A DNA stretch of 64,000 nt from Octopus sinensis (Eukaryota), in NCBI RefSeq assembly GCF_006345805.1, contig NC_043003.1:30194001-30258000 (forward strand). The letters are read 5' to 3'. The notes beneath the pieces were generated by a model. It was given only the letters and a program-made list of their open reading frames with translations. It made no database searches and was not told where the DNA came from. Shown piece after piece: positions 24,670 through 37,764 of the stretch. Positions within the stretch are counted from its first letter, which is position 1; every line of letters begins with the position of its first letter. The position numbers and the translations under genes were made by a program.

Positions 24670-26850
24670 CTTCATCATCATCATCAACATTTAACTTCTG
24701 TTTTCTATGCTGGCATGGATTGGACAGCTTGAGGGGAACCGGCAAGTCAGAGGCTGCACTAAGTTCCATAGTCTGCTTTAGCTTGGTTTCTACAACTGGA
24801 TGCCATTGCTAACACCAGCACCCATACCAATACTTTTTACATGGCATCTTGATTTTAGAATCTCAATTTTGTTGTGGTGGATGGGTCTTGTTGATTATAG
24901 CAATATGCCACATATCTCAGGCCTCTGTCATCTTCATAAGGCTCAGCATTTTGAGATTAGCCTTCAATACTTCATCCTATTTCTTCCTGGGTCATGCAAC
25001 TATCCTCATCCATCCACATTACACAACCAAACCAGCATAGTCTCTTCTCTCGCACACTGCATATAATACCTCTTATCCCAACTTCTCTCTCAATACTCCA
25101 TTGCTCTGTCGCATATGCACACTGACATTGCATATCCAGATGAGTATACCAGCTTCATTCCTCTCCAACCATTGCGTGTCCTCTGCATTAAGAGTCCACT
25201 TCTCACCACCTTGTAGCATCATAGTTTGTACACATGCATCATGCAAAACAGGTAACAGCTGTCTGAACTTTCTTCATCCTATTCTTATTCTAGCAATTAC
25301 ACTTTTTATACAACCTCCTCCGCTGCTGATTAGGTTACCTAGGTAGCAAAAATTATCTACAACTTCCAGAGAGCCACTTATACATTTGAGGAAAACAGTT
25401 TCTTGTGTATCTGGGGGTCTTTATAGCTTCCATACATCACCCACATGCTAACACTGCTTTCTCTGTTAACCTTCCTACTATTCTACTGCACCTCTTGTGT
25501 GTCCACAACTTGCACTAGGTTCACTGAAAGGAATTTCTGCCTACACATCAAGCAGGGCCATTTACTGGAAGGGTGAAGGATCCTGTTCGATCTCTTGCTA
25601 AGACCTTGGTCTTTGCTAAGTTTACTTTAAGACCCTTTGATTCCAGATTCTGTTTCCACACCTGGAATTTTGTTTCTAATTCTGTTCCAGATTGTGCTGA
25701 GAGCAAGATCATCAGCATATAGTAGTTCCCATGAGCTTCCAGTCTTAAATTCCTGTTATGGCCTGCAGGACAACGATGAATTGCAAGTGGCTGTGGACCG
25801 AGCCTTGGTGAGCACCTGCTTGTTCACTAAATTCATCGCTGTACCGAAGGCCAACTCTTACATTACCAACAGCACCCCTGTACGTGGTCTGTGCTGCTTT
25901 TAAAAGCCAATCATCTATCCCTAGCTTCCACTTCCTTTGAGTCCAAAATATCACTGAGTGAGGTACTCTGTCAAAGGCTTTCTCTAGATCAACAAATGCC
26001 AAGTACAACAGCTTGTTCTTTGCTAAATATTCCTCTTGCAGTTGCCCGACTATGACAATATTATCTGTGGTACTTTCTCCTGGATTTCATCTGATCTAAT
26101 TCCATTCCTAATTAATTGGGCTATAACTCTCTCCGCCACTTTCATCACCTGGTCCAGTAATTTGATGCCTCTATAATTACTTCTATTTAACGCATCTTCT
26201 TTGCCCATGTAACAGCTGACTATGATGCTGCTGTGCCAGTCACTTGGGATTATGCCTTCTTGCATAACCTGATTAACTATACGGGTAACTAGACTGTATC
26301 CATCTGTATCAGTTTACTTAAGCATCTCAGCAGTGACTCCTGATGGACCAGGGGCCTTCCCTGTTTTCATATCTTTAATTGCCTTATCTATGATGCTGTT
26401 GTAAACTAGGCCAGCTGGTACCTCTGTTGGGTTCACATGAGGAAGATTCCCTTTCTCCCATTCATTCTCTGCATTTAATAGTTTTTCATAGTAGCTCTTT
26501 CATACCATTTTCTTTTCAGGATCACTAAGAGCAAGTGTACAACTATCTGTACACACTTCTCTCCCACAACATCTCGATTATCTCTAACACACTGTGTAGC
26601 AATATGGAACACATCAAGTATCTGATCTTTGTGCTGCAAGACATTGGCAGACCTCTTTCCTTCTGCATCTGCCTATCTGATGGCTAGTCTCTCTTTTAGC
26701 TATCTGATATGGTTCTTTGTTACCACCACTCTTCCAGTCTTTCCAATCCCATCTCTTCTCTTTTATAACTTTGTTGGCCTCACACTTCTACTACCATGTC
26801 ACCCTTGATCTGGTGGAAGCTTTGCTCCAACCACAGGTTTAATCTGTCAT
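24670..26850 (-). mobile_element. Decayed RTE-clade LINE (mirror copy of 2780-4892)
   Basis: ORFs 26050-26265 and 25745-26008 match 3365-3580 and 3622-3978. Confidence 0.9.
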
Positions 26851-29625
26851 CATCAGTACACACACACAGACTTCTTTCAGTTTCTGTCAGCCAAATCCAA
26901 TTACAAGGTTTTGGTTAGCCCTGGGCTATAGCAGAAGACACTTGCCCAAGGTACCATGCTGTGAGAATGAATCTAAAAGCAAGTGGTTGAGAAGCAGACT
27001 TCTTGGCCATACAGCCATGCCTGCATGTGTAAATTTATATTCATATTAAATGTGTATTATATTTAATATTTCACTCAGTCATTGCTGTTGGCCTCAAGAA
27101 GCCAAGCTTCTATCTCTTATTCAACCTTTGGACAAGTAATGGAAGTGAGCACAAAAAATATACTATTTATAGTCTTCTCCTCTATTTCATCATCAAAATT
27201 ATTTTACTGCATAGTTAGCTGAAATTTATTAGTGTTTAGGTATGACAAACTAAATAAAATGTACTGAGATTGACATTCAAAAGCCTCCAGCAAATTTTGA
27301 TAAAGCTATCATTACCCCATCTCAGTAACATCTTTAGTCAGCTAAACACACTCTGTCTCTACCAACATCAAGAAGAAAACATCATTCGCCACTGTTTCAT
27401 GGAGGCTCAATGTTTGTGTGTAGCAGCAACATGATTTCATATTCATTGAACAGAGAGGGAGCTTTATATTATTGTATGGATAGTGATTGTGTCTTCTGGC
27501 TGTTGAAAGAGACTATGCTGTCATGATTCCATTAGATTTTCTAAGGTTTTGTTCAAGGACAGCCTAGGTGTTTGGCTATGGATTATATTGTGTGAAATTT
27601 ATTACTAAAATTAAAAATAATTGTAACACAAATCAAAGAACGGATGAAAATGACATTTCAATGTTTTAACATTCACTTTTCAATACTTATATAGGTCAAA
27701 TAGAGTATATTGAGGTGGATTTTCTATTGCCAGATACCTTTCCTGTTGCCAACCCTCATCTGATTCCAAAGAATGTAATATTTCCCCATGGCCTAACATG
27801 TTTCCACTGAATATTAGAAGTCACTGGAACAGCTTGCATGACAAACACATGATGTCAAGACAAAGAGACAAACATACATATTTATAAGACAGGATTCTTT
27901 CAGTTCCTGTCATCTGAATCCATTCTGAAGACATTGGTCAGTCCGGGAGCACAGCTCAAGATGCCACATAGTGGGACTGAATCAAAAACTATTTGATTGG
28001 GAAGCAAACTTCTTAACCACACAGCCATGCTTGCACCTACTATTAGCAGATTTAATTAGGTCTACAGTATTTCCCTCAACTATCACGGGTGTTACATTCC
28101 AAAACCTCCCACAAAAATAATTAAAAGCTAAAAAATATAAATACCTATCGGCCACAGAAACCTGCAATATACTGAGGGGTCCACTATATAAATTTACATA
28201 TATTAACGAGAAAAATCCATTATGTACTGAGTGCGCGTTATGTCGACCACAATATGGCAAAGGACTATTATAGTATGGCAGTTGGTTTTGTCTTGTCCTC
28301 ATAGGTAGAAGTTTACAGATTGGAGGTTGGTAAAATAAATGCAAGCAATATCCTTGGGTGATTATTGATGCTATTTAAACCCAGGTACTTCAATCAAGAG
28401 ACATATAGTCTAAAGCATTCCAACTATGACCATCCAGTTTTATTTCAGACACTGTGTCTAGGAGTAGATTATCCAACGTGTCTTATTTTTATAAGATATC
28501 AGAATGTGATTTGAGAGGTGCTTGATTGTTATTTGTAGCAGGTTGAGTAATCTTATAGAGACTCTTTGTTGATTTGAATATATTGGGGTTGACTTAATCA
28601 ACTATGTCCTACCCCAAAACATTTCTGGTTATGTGCTTATCTATTTTTACTTGTCCCAGTTAATTTATTGTGGCTATGCTGGGGCACCATCTTGAAAAGT
28701 CTACCTGAACAAATCAACACCATTACTTATTTTTAAAGTCTGGTACTTATTCTATCAGTCTCTTGTGCATAACTGCTAAGTTATAACAAACCAAAGCCAG
28801 TTGTCAAGTGTAGTGGAGGTTACAAAGACATATACATACATATGACAGTATTCCACAGTTTTCATCTATCAAATTCACACACAAGGCATTGGTTGGCCGG
28901 GGATATAATAGAAGACATTTTCTAATGTTTGGGACTGAACCCAAAACCATGTGGTTGCAAAGCAAGATTTTTAATCACACAGCCAGAAATCCTTTCTACT
29001 ATAGGCACAAGGCCTGAAATTTTAGGGAGCAGGTAAGTTGATTACATCGACCTCAGTCCACAACTGGTATTTGTTTTATCAACCCTGAAAGGATGTAAAA
29101 TAAAGTCAACCTCTGTGGAATTTGAACTGAGAACGTAACATGGACAAAATTCCACTAAGTATTTTGCCCAGTGGGTAACGATTCTGCCAGCTCACCACTT
29201 TGAAACCATCAAATATCTACTGCATTAATGTTCAGTGAAGGCAGGTGTTGAACTCACAATTGTAAGTTTGTGGTTTCAATTCCCAAACTGGATAGGGCAT
29301 AGTGTTCTTGAGCAAAACACTTCATTTCACATTGCTTCAGTCTACTCAATTCAAAAAAAGTACCAGCAGCATCTGGAGTTTAATCCTGCAGCAGTCTGAT
29401 GCCCTTTGAGGGCAGGGTAAGGGGTATTATATCCGCCTGGTCATTTTAAAGCTATGGATACAGGGATAAGTTCTAGTCTAATGTACTTCTAGATTTGTGA
29501 CAAATGCTATTCACTTTTTTTTTAACTTCTCCATATCAACATTTCTGATAGCCTGTTTACAAATGTAAACAGGCAAAACGTTAAATTAATTAAAGATAGA
29601 TCAGCTAGAAATATAAATAATATAG

Positions 29626-29829
29626 CCCTTTTGTTACCTTGTTTCTGTTGAAATATACCACCTTATAATTCATTTTGAAAATTATGAAGAATTAAGTAAA
29701 ATAATTTTATCAATATTAAGTTGGTATTTGAAGCATAATTTAAATTTTTATATAAAGTAGATCTCTTTTAAAGAGGAAGTTTGTATCACAGAACTAGGGG
29801 TAGTCTTGAGTGGAATGATATCAAAAGGG
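29626..29829. mobile_element. piggyBac-like MITE
   Basis: Ends cccttttgttac and gatatcaaaaggg|ttaa; left TTAA is degenerate. Confidence 0.5.
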
Positions 29830-29905
29830 TTAAGGAAAGGGTAATTTATTAATCAGGAAACAGTATACAAACTCCATTGTTTACAGTAGGTTTTGACCAG
29901 TTTAA

Positions 29906-30103
29906 CCCTCTAGCTTTCAGATTATTCTGTCAAATGTAATTCACATTGTTTTCAATTTATCCTGCATTATCTTGTAGCTGTGAGATTATATATATTTTTA
30001 GATTAACATTGTAGGGTAGGCATGAGAGGCTGGATCTTGCCAGTTTGAACATAAAATAGGAAGAATATTTTGGCTGGATATGGCCAGTTTAAATGCTAAA
30101 GGG
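29906..30103. mobile_element. piggyBac-like MITE
   Basis: ttaa|ccctctagcttt ... aatgctaaaggg|tcaa terminal inverted repeats. Confidence 0.6.
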
Positions 30104-31270
30104 TCAATGCTTATATTGACACAAATACTTTTGCATTCAGTTGCAAAGGATTCTGGAACAGTAGAGAATTTCAGTCTGACACAAATAATAGGTCTTGCTT
30201 TTTCTCATTTTGCCATGCTGGTTATGTTTACATGAGTTCAGAGTAATGGAATAATCAGTCTTTGTGAATCCATGCAATGTATTATGGGTTTTCTTTTTTA
30301 CACCCGAAACTGGAGATTTTAGTCTTCTACAGTATTAACTGGTTTGATATTAGCTCAGCCATTTATTTCTCGGTGTGCATAACCAACTTTAGTATTAAAT
30401 AAAGTAAATAAAACATACAGTGGTATAGAGCAGGTAAAACAATGCTATCAGAATAAAGTTACTGTAAAACTGTTTCAATAGACAACAAAATAAAGAAAGA
30501 AGACCAGTCTGTGTGAACTGTAGAAGTGAATAGTGTTTATTTTATAGTTATTAAAGTTAAAATCCCTCAAATTTTCTATATTCATCATAAACCAATGTTC
30601 TACAACCTAAATGACTCAGTCCCTGGTTGTGTACTATTTCAGTTGAGTTGAAGAATCCATTGTACATTGTTTGCTATATCATTTTTGCTTGTGCATTAAG
30701 TTAATTTTGCCTCTGGTTCATCAGTAAATTTATTCACATATAATTAATGAGATTTATGTTGGCCTTTAAGAGAAAGAAAATTAAACACTCCAAGTTATGA
30801 AATAACTTATTGATTTGACTAAGTGGTTGATAAATCAAATCGAGGAGTGGCAACATAGAGCTTGAAGGGACATTTTAGTCAAATTGAGGGCAAGGGAATC
30901 TCTACAGTGATGGTTCCACAAAAAATTCATCCTGTACACTGAAGTGACTGGTGTTAGGAAGGACATATAGCTGTAGAAACCATAGAACTGAGACAATGGA
31001 ACAAGATGTAATCCTCCAGCCTGTTAGATTTGGTTGAACAATCCAATATGGAAAACATACAAATCAATTTCTGTGCTACATGCAGTAGGAAGTTGTTCCT
31101 ACAATACCATACCTAATACAATAGATAGAATTAGTGGATTGAGAACAGAATACAAACTGCAAACATTTAAACTGGGTAAATGCTATGCTATTTATTCAGC
31201 CATTCTTGCTCTCCACAGTGTTATAGGTTCTCATAAATGCCAAAATGCATTTGAGATTCGAAGTTCTAAT

Positions 31271-32470
31271 TCAGTGTTTTGATTTCTCATTTGTATGAAC
31301 ACGTCTATGAGAAATCAAACTACCACTCTGAGTGAAAGTTTTATCACAGATATCACAGTGGTAGGGTTTTTCCCCTGTATGAATACGTCTGTGAATCGTT
31401 ACACTATTACTCCGAGTGAAAGTTTTACCACAGATATCACAGTGGTATGATTTCTCATTCGTATGAAAACGCCTGTGAGAAATCAAACTACCACTCTGAG
31501 TGAAAGTTTTATCACAGATATCACAGTGGTAGGGTTTTTCCCCTGTATGAATACGTCTGTGAATAGTTACACTATTACTCCGAGTGAAATTTTTACCACA
31601 GATATCACATTGGTATGGTTTCTCATTTGTGTGAATACTTTTATGATTAGTTAAAGTTGTACTCTGAGAGAAAGTTTTATCACAGATATCACAATGGTAT
31701 GGTTTTTCACCAGTATGAATACGTCTATGATCAAGCATGCTACCTCTGTGTAAGAAAGATTTACCACAGATATCACAATGATAGGGTTTTTCACCAGTAT
31801 GAACGCGTATGTGATAAGTTAAACTACTGTGGTGAGCAAAATCTTTCCCACAGATCTCGCAATGGTATGGTTTTTCACCAGTGTGAACACGTATGTGATA
31901 CGCTAAGCTACTATGATAAGCAAAATCTTTACCACAAACATCACAATGGTAAGGTTTTTCCCCAGTATGAATTCGTTGATGCACAAGCATTCCATCTTTC
32001 TGTGAGAAGGATTTACCACAAATCTCACAGTGGTATGGTTTGTCATCTGTGTGAACACGTTTGTGAGTAATTAACTGATAACTCATTGAGAATGCTTTAC
32101 CACAAATACCACATTGATGTCGTTTCTCACCTGTGTGAACACTTTTATGACTAATTAGCTGTCCTCTCTCAGAGAATGTGTCACCACAGATATCACAGTG
32201 GTATGGTTTCTCACCTGTATGAATACGTTTGTGTACAGACAAAAAGCCTTTAACCATGAACTTTTTACCACAAATATCACAGCGATAACGCAATGAACTG
32301 GTGTTAATAAATTTCGGTCCACTGATATTACTATTATGCGTAAATGTTTTAGAAGACTTATCAGGTAGCTTTAATTTCTTTCCCATATTTGTCAGTCTTT
32401 TATGAGATACACGAGTATTCTTGGAGGGGTTTTCACCCTCAACCTCACTCCCACACAGTTTATCTTCCAT
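31271..32470 (-). CDS. ZNF-E: tandem C2H2 zinc-finger protein, 12 fingers, 399 aa
   Basis: Intact ORF from ATG 32470 (MEDKLCGSEVEGENP) with canonical fingers and an internal 168-bp two-finger duplication. Confidence 0.92.
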   Translation of the reverse strand: MEDKLCGSEVEGENPSKNTRVSHKRLTNMGKKLKLPDKSSKTFTHNSNISGPKFINTSSLRYRCDICGKKFMVKGFLSVHKRIHTGEKPYHCDICGDTFSERGQLISHKSVHTGEKRHQCGICGKAFSMSYQLITHKRVHTDDKPYHCEICGKSFSQKDGMLVHQRIHTGEKPYHCDVCGKDFAYHSSLAYHIRVHTGEKPYHCEICGKDFAHHSSLTYHIRVHTGEKPYHCDICGKSFLHRGSMLDHRRIHTGEKPYHCDICDKTFSQSTTLTNHKSIHTNEKPYQCDICGKNFTRSNSVTIHRRIHTGEKPYHCDICDKTFTQSGSLISHRRFHTNEKSYHCDICGKTFTRSNSVTIHRRIHTGEKPYHCDICDKTFTQSGSLISHRRVHTNEKSKH

Positions 32471-33329
32471 AATTTCTTCTTGCACCAATATTTCAAAAAA
32501 GCATATATCAGATACTACAGAAAAACAGTTGTAGTATGTCAAATCTTCTCTAATATGACTGCCACCACCCAGCCAGTATATTTCCAATCAACACTAAAAT
32601 CTTTTAGAGTTATCTAATCACAGCCTTCTTGATGATTATGTCATTCTGTAGTTTTTAAACTTTCTTACGTTTGTAAATATATCTTCTCTCAATGTTACCA
32701 GAAAAATCTGCAAAAAAGGAAGACATAACAGATAAGCAACAATGATATACTAAGATGGAAGTTATTTAAGATAAGATGATATTTGATGGCATAGTTAAAG
32801 TCAATTACAAAAATTTTAAACTGAACTACATTTTAATATACTTCAATAATATAGAAATATCGATCAAGTATCTTTCTAAAAGTACTATTTCTAACTCCCC
32901 ATTATGTTCAGCATCATGTCATATTCAAATATATCATAAAAAGGCTCAGTGTAAGCTTTTGTCAGTGAGCTTGTCTTCGGGTTTTTTCTTCATATTGAAC
33001 GACCCAGATACTGCTCCTGTTTTGTAAGTACACCAATCAGGGAAAAAAATCGTATGACAGATATAACAATTCAAAAACGTTTTGTCAGTAAAATAAGAAA
33101 TTGTATACAATATCAAAGAGTGTGAAAAATTATAACTAACGCTAGATATCTGACAGACATGTGTGCGTTTTCAAAGATTTTGATTACAACTATAAAAAAA
33201 AAATCATAAAATAGTTATATTTTTTAATTGGAAACTGATCAGGGTTGAGGTATTTACTGCTTCTTACTAGGCACTGGAGAGCTAGTCATACTTATTCTAG
33301 ATGATGGTGTTCAGGGAGCAAAGACCCAA

Positions 33330-33530
33330 TTTACACAATGGAATTTAGGGAGTTAAACAAGGCAATGAAGTTTAGGGAATTTGTCAAATCACTCAGTCTA
33401 GACAATGACATTTCAGGAGTTGGGCAATGGAGTTTAGAGAGTTAGACAAAGCCCCATTCTAAAAATAGAGTTTAAGAAGCTAACCAAACACTTCTAGACT
33501 CCATAAGTCTAGGGAGTTAGGTAAGCTGCT
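33330..33530. repeat. Degenerate short tandem array (caatggagtttagggagtta-like, ~6 copies)
   Basis: caatggaatttagggagttaa, caatgaagtttagggaattt, caatgacatttcaggagttg, caatggagtttagagagttag, aatagagtttaagaagctaa, ataagtctagggagttag. Confidence 0.55.
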
Positions 33531-33955
33531 ATTCTGTTTTAGTTACCTTAGTAAACATGGCATCGAAGATTACGTTTGTGACTAGGGGAACCCGGCATAA
33601 ACTAAAAATTTCACTTTCGGACAGTGTTTCATTCTACGTGTTCGATTCGGACAGATATTATCAAGATAACATTTCTAATTGAGAGATAAATATACTGAGC
33701 CAAACAGGAACGTGGGAAACTATTATATTTAAAAGCGTACTTCCACCCGCTAAAGCCGAAAGACGTCAAATGCGATCCCCTTGCAAAGAGAATTTTTCAA
33801 CTAATCTACAATCATTCGTGTATTCCAAACTTTGAATACCGGCCTAAAACAAGCAAAATTATATAACCTAACAACCACTTATAAAATTTATTTCCTTATA
33901 CATTCTTCAAAACTTCCAAGTAACACAAGATGTAGTTAATATAGATAAATATTTT

Positions 33956-34570
33956 ACTTACATAACAATTAAGTCCCAATTTTATATACGTGGTCTTCTA
34001 AAGTGGACAGTTAATTAATACGAACAGTGATTGCTGTAAATAGACAACTGAATTTCAACGATAAAGCTTAAAGAAGCTAACATCGTTATTCCAGTTGATT
34101 TTCTTTACATACCAATTGCAGACTACCAAAGTGTATATTGACACGATAAACAACACCAGCGAAGTCTATTTTGATTACCCTTAACAATGTCAGGGGAGTT
34201 AACTCTACCATCATTAATAACTCTCACTGTATAAACCTCTTCTATAAACAGTTGCTAACTTTAAGCCCAGAACTTAATGTGACTAAGCTATTTGGAGAAT
34301 CTCTAGCAAATTAATAAGGTTTCAGTCAATCTGAAGTGGAATAATTAACTTTGCATCCTAATTCAAAAAGAAAAGTAATCATTACACCAACCACTTTTGT
34401 AGAAACGGAACTAGAACTCTTTTATAGAAAAAGTAATTTGCATAAAATATTCAACACTATAATTAATTCTCTCTCTCACACACAGCAATGCCACTGTTAA
34501 TTAAAAGAAATAAATAATTAAGCTATGAGGAAAGAATCTAAAGATAACATAATGTCAAGTCATAATTCAT
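33956..34570 (-). promoter_or_regulatory. Putative promoter and non-coding first exon of ZNF-E
   Basis: Donor gtaagt at 33961-33956, motif caggggagttaactct at 34191-34206. The block is homologous to 46359-47000 upstream of ZNF-F. Confidence 0.55.
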
Positions 34571-34935
34571 ATAATGCAATATATTCAATTTCAATATATC
34601 AGGCGTTGCTTAATATGATTGATATGTGATTTTAATTATAGACAATTAATTATGAAAAAAACAAGGTATTTACGTAATCAGTGCTTTCAAACAGGTTTTC
34701 CTTCATGTGCTTGATGTGTTGAATAAGAATTATGTGTAATTTCGTTTACAGACATATCTTAATGTTCTCTTTAAAAAAATAATTCACTTGCAAATCCTCT
34801 GATCGCAGAATAAGCCTCAATCTTCACTCAGGTTTTTCAAATAGTCTTTTCTAAAGGAGAACTAATTTAAACTAAACTAAATATGTCACTATATTCTTTA
34901 AAATTGTATCAGCTACAGTACAGTTTATTTAACTT

Positions 34936-36103
34936 GGATCTTTTCGGTTTGAACGGCAGTTTTTAACATAACTTTTAGGTAACTAAAAAATTTTAAACTT
35001 CGTATACTGGTAGAATGTGTCAAAATAAAACATTTTTTTTCTCTTGGCTTTCTTGAGAAAATTGTAATTTGTTTGTTTAACGTAGTTTAGTTTTTCGAAT
35101 TTTAACCAATGAATCGCCTCTAGTAAGCTAAAATCATTTGCTGCGTCTAAAACTGAGACAACATCCTGTCACTAACCCTAACCCTAAATTTTAGCCTTTC
35201 GTTGTTTTTTTTCCTTAATTGTTACTCGTGTGTCTAAAATTATTCTTTTTGTTATTGTTTTGAGTTTTTGCTTTCGTTTTAGCCTTTCGTTATGTATATG
35301 TACGGAAAGCGTGTGCATAAAATTATAGAATTATTTTGTTTGTTAATTGTTTAAATTATTTTCCATTGCTTTCGTTTTAGCCTTTCGTTCTTTTTTTCTT
35401 AATTATCCTTAAATTAATTTAACAATTAAGAAAAAAAACGAAAGGCTAAAATTTAGGGTTAGAGTGAGGGTTAGGGTTAGTGACAGGATGTTGTCTCAGT
35501 TTTAGACGCAGCAAATGATTTTAGCTCAATTAGATGCAATTGATTGGTTAAAATTCGAAAAATTAAACTACGTTAAACAAACGAATTACAATTTTATCAA
35601 GAAAGCCAAGAGAAAAAAATGTTTTATTTTGACACATTCTACCAGTATACGAAGTTTTAAAGTGTTTAGTTAACTAGAAATTGTGTTGACATGTGCCGTT
35701 CAAAAGGAAAAGATCCGAATGTTTATAAAACATCTTTTTCTCTTGGCTTTATTGAGAAAATTCTATAGTTTGTAAGATATTTTCTTCAACTTCATCTTAG
35801 TTAGGGGTGGGGGAAGGGTATCTTTTTTTCTTCACAAATGTAAATAAACCCAATCTGTTTCTTAAATGAGGGGCACATTCATATGGCACAGAAGGTTGTT
35901 TACGTCAATGGACGTAATTAATTGGTTGAAATTGCCGAAATGCAAGAAATTAAAGACCAAATATCTTACAAACTATAGAATTTTCTCAATAAAGCCAAGA
36001 GAAAAAGATGTTTTATAAACACATTCTACAAGTATATGAAGATTAAAATTTTGTAGTTACCTAGAAATTATGTTAAAAACTGCCGTTCTAATTGAAAAGA
36101 TCC
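34936..36103. mobile_element. Composite foldback DNA transposon with GGATC termini, 8-bp TSD and internal telomeric repeats
   Basis: ggatcttttcggtttgaacggcag start; aaaagatcc ends at 35716 and 36103; about 250-bp arms ending in (CCCTAA)n / (TTAGGG)n; flanks tttaactt and tttaattt. Confidence 0.8.
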
Positions 36104-36175
36104 TTTAATTTAATATATTTATGAATAAAAGAACTTTTTAGATGGTTAAAAGTTGACATTATCAAATTAATGATA

Positions 36176-36340
36176 GGTGCAGGCGTGGCTGTGTGGTAAG
36201 AAGCTTGCTTCCCAACCTCATGGATCTGGGTGGCACCTTGGGCAAAGTATTTTCTACTATAACCTCAGGCCAAACCAAACCTTGTGACTGGATTTCGTAG
36301 ATGGAAACTGAAAGAAACCTGTTGTGTGTGTGTGTGTGTA
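36176..36340 (+). mobile_element. tRNA-derived SINE 5' half
   Basis: ggtgcaggcgtggctgtgtggtaagaagcttgcttcccaacc...gaaactgaaagaa followed by (GT)n. Confidence 0.75.
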
Positions 36341-36479
36341 TGAATAAACACTACAATCGGTCAAAACAACTTTATAATATTCCCATAATATCATAAATCT
36401 AACATAAATATATATATATATATATATACGTAAACATTTACATATATATATATTTATCAGTACATATTTATATATATCC

Positions 36480-36861
36480 GGGCTTCTGTGCCGGTGGCAC
36501 ATAAAAAGCACCATCCGAACGTGGCCGATGCCAGCGCCGCCTCGACTGGCTTCTGTGCCGGTGGCACATAAAAAGCACTATCCGAACGTGGCCGATGCCA
36601 GCTCCGCCTTGGCTGGCTTCCGTGCCGGTGGCACGTTAAAAGCACCAACCGATCGTGGCCGATGCCAGACCCCACTGGCACCTGTGCAGGTGGCACGTAA
36701 AAAGCACCCACTACACTCGCGGAGTAGTTGGCGTTAGGAAGGGCATCCAGCTGTGGAAACACTGCCAGATCAGACTGGAGCCTGGTGCAGACCCCGGTCG
36801 AACCGTCCAACCCGTGCTAGCGCGGAAAACGGACGTTAAACGATGATGATGATGATGATGA
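36480..36861 (+). mobile_element. RTE-type 3' tail with ~67-bp tandem units
   Basis: Units start at 36481, 36548, 36615 and about 36677 (ggcttctgtgccggtggcac); ends gttaaac(gat)n. Confidence 0.75.
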
Positions 36862-36891
36862 TATATATATATATATATAAGTATATACATA

Positions 36892-37752
36892 TGAGGAGGC
36901 ACCCTAAAGGAACTGGAATTTTGCAATATTAATTTATTTAATACTTAGTTTTACATGTATACACTTTTATTGCAGTCAAAGTATTCTCCATTTGAAGCAA
37001 TGCATCAGTCCAGATGCATTTCCCACTGTTCAAAGCAGTACTGGAGCTTTTGCAAAGTGATGCCTTTTAATAACTCCATTACTTTTTTCTTCACCTCTTC
37101 CATATCTGCAAACTCCATAGCATCAGCTTTCATCACCAGTGATGACCTTCAGAAAAAGGTCTGGAACAACTTCCAACCGTTCTTTCAGTTTATGACATGC
37201 ATTCAGTCATAACTGCTTTTGATCTTCTTGAGTAGGCGAAGCACAAATCTTGCCCCAACTCTTTTCATTCGCTATTTCTCACTCATAATTCATTGGCAGG
37301 AGCTCCAGGACACATCAGTCATATCAACAAGTTTGTCAATCATTCGGTGACAGTCCTCCAAGATCAGTTCATGAATTTTCATGATGTTTTCATTTGTTTG
37401 GGAGGTCAATAGTCACCATGAACAAGGTTGGTCTCCAAGTAACAAGTGACCTTTTCTAAAGTTTGAAAATCATTAGTAAACTTGTGTTTTGCTCATGGCA
37501 GTGTCCTTATAAGCTGTTTCAAGCATGATGACTTTCTGCTGCCAGTTTCCCCAGCAGAGAACAGAATTTCATGGAAGCACACTCTTCTTTTGTTTCAGCC
37601 ATTGCAAAAACCAATGAACAGGTGAGAAGTACTGCAAAACAAAGACACAGCATGTAGCAGTACAACTTCACTTAATGCCGCCAGTTGGCAGACTGATGCC
37701 TGAGGGTCTTGTCCCACAGGGAATTTTCTGGTTACTTTTGAGTACCTCCTCG
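36892..37752 (-). mobile_element. Internally deleted mariner (Tc1/mariner) element
   Basis: TA-flanked TIRs (tgaggaggcaccctaaaggaactgg vs reverse-complement cgaggaggtactcaaaagtaaccag). Minus-strand remnants FVPRLL, FLKVITGDES, CFEQW...CIASNGEYFD. Confidence 0.75.
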
Positions 37753-37764
37753 TATATATATGCA

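Larger units (their letters stand above)
18607..29505. repeat. Right arm of the inverted segmental duplication
   Basis: Reverse-complement match to the left arm across intron, ZNF gene and about 7.5 kb of downstream flank. The non-duplicated spacer is about 13396-18606. Confidence 0.95.

Noticed and set aside
32471-32587. N-terminal extensions of E and F from TTG, with two frame-preserving 3-nt indels between them
   Set aside because: No ATG and an in-frame TGA immediately upstream. Two in-frame indels can occur by chance. Ribosome profiling would be needed to revive it.
35170-35480. True telomere or chromosome fusion site
   Set aside because: Only 2-4 units, placed symmetrically inside a TIR element with a TSD.
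36480-36720. 67-bp repeats (and 42-bp repeats at 54291-54430) as a CRISPR-like array
   Set aside because: Head-to-tail units without unique spacers, inside retroposon 3' tails; eukaryotic context and no cas genes.
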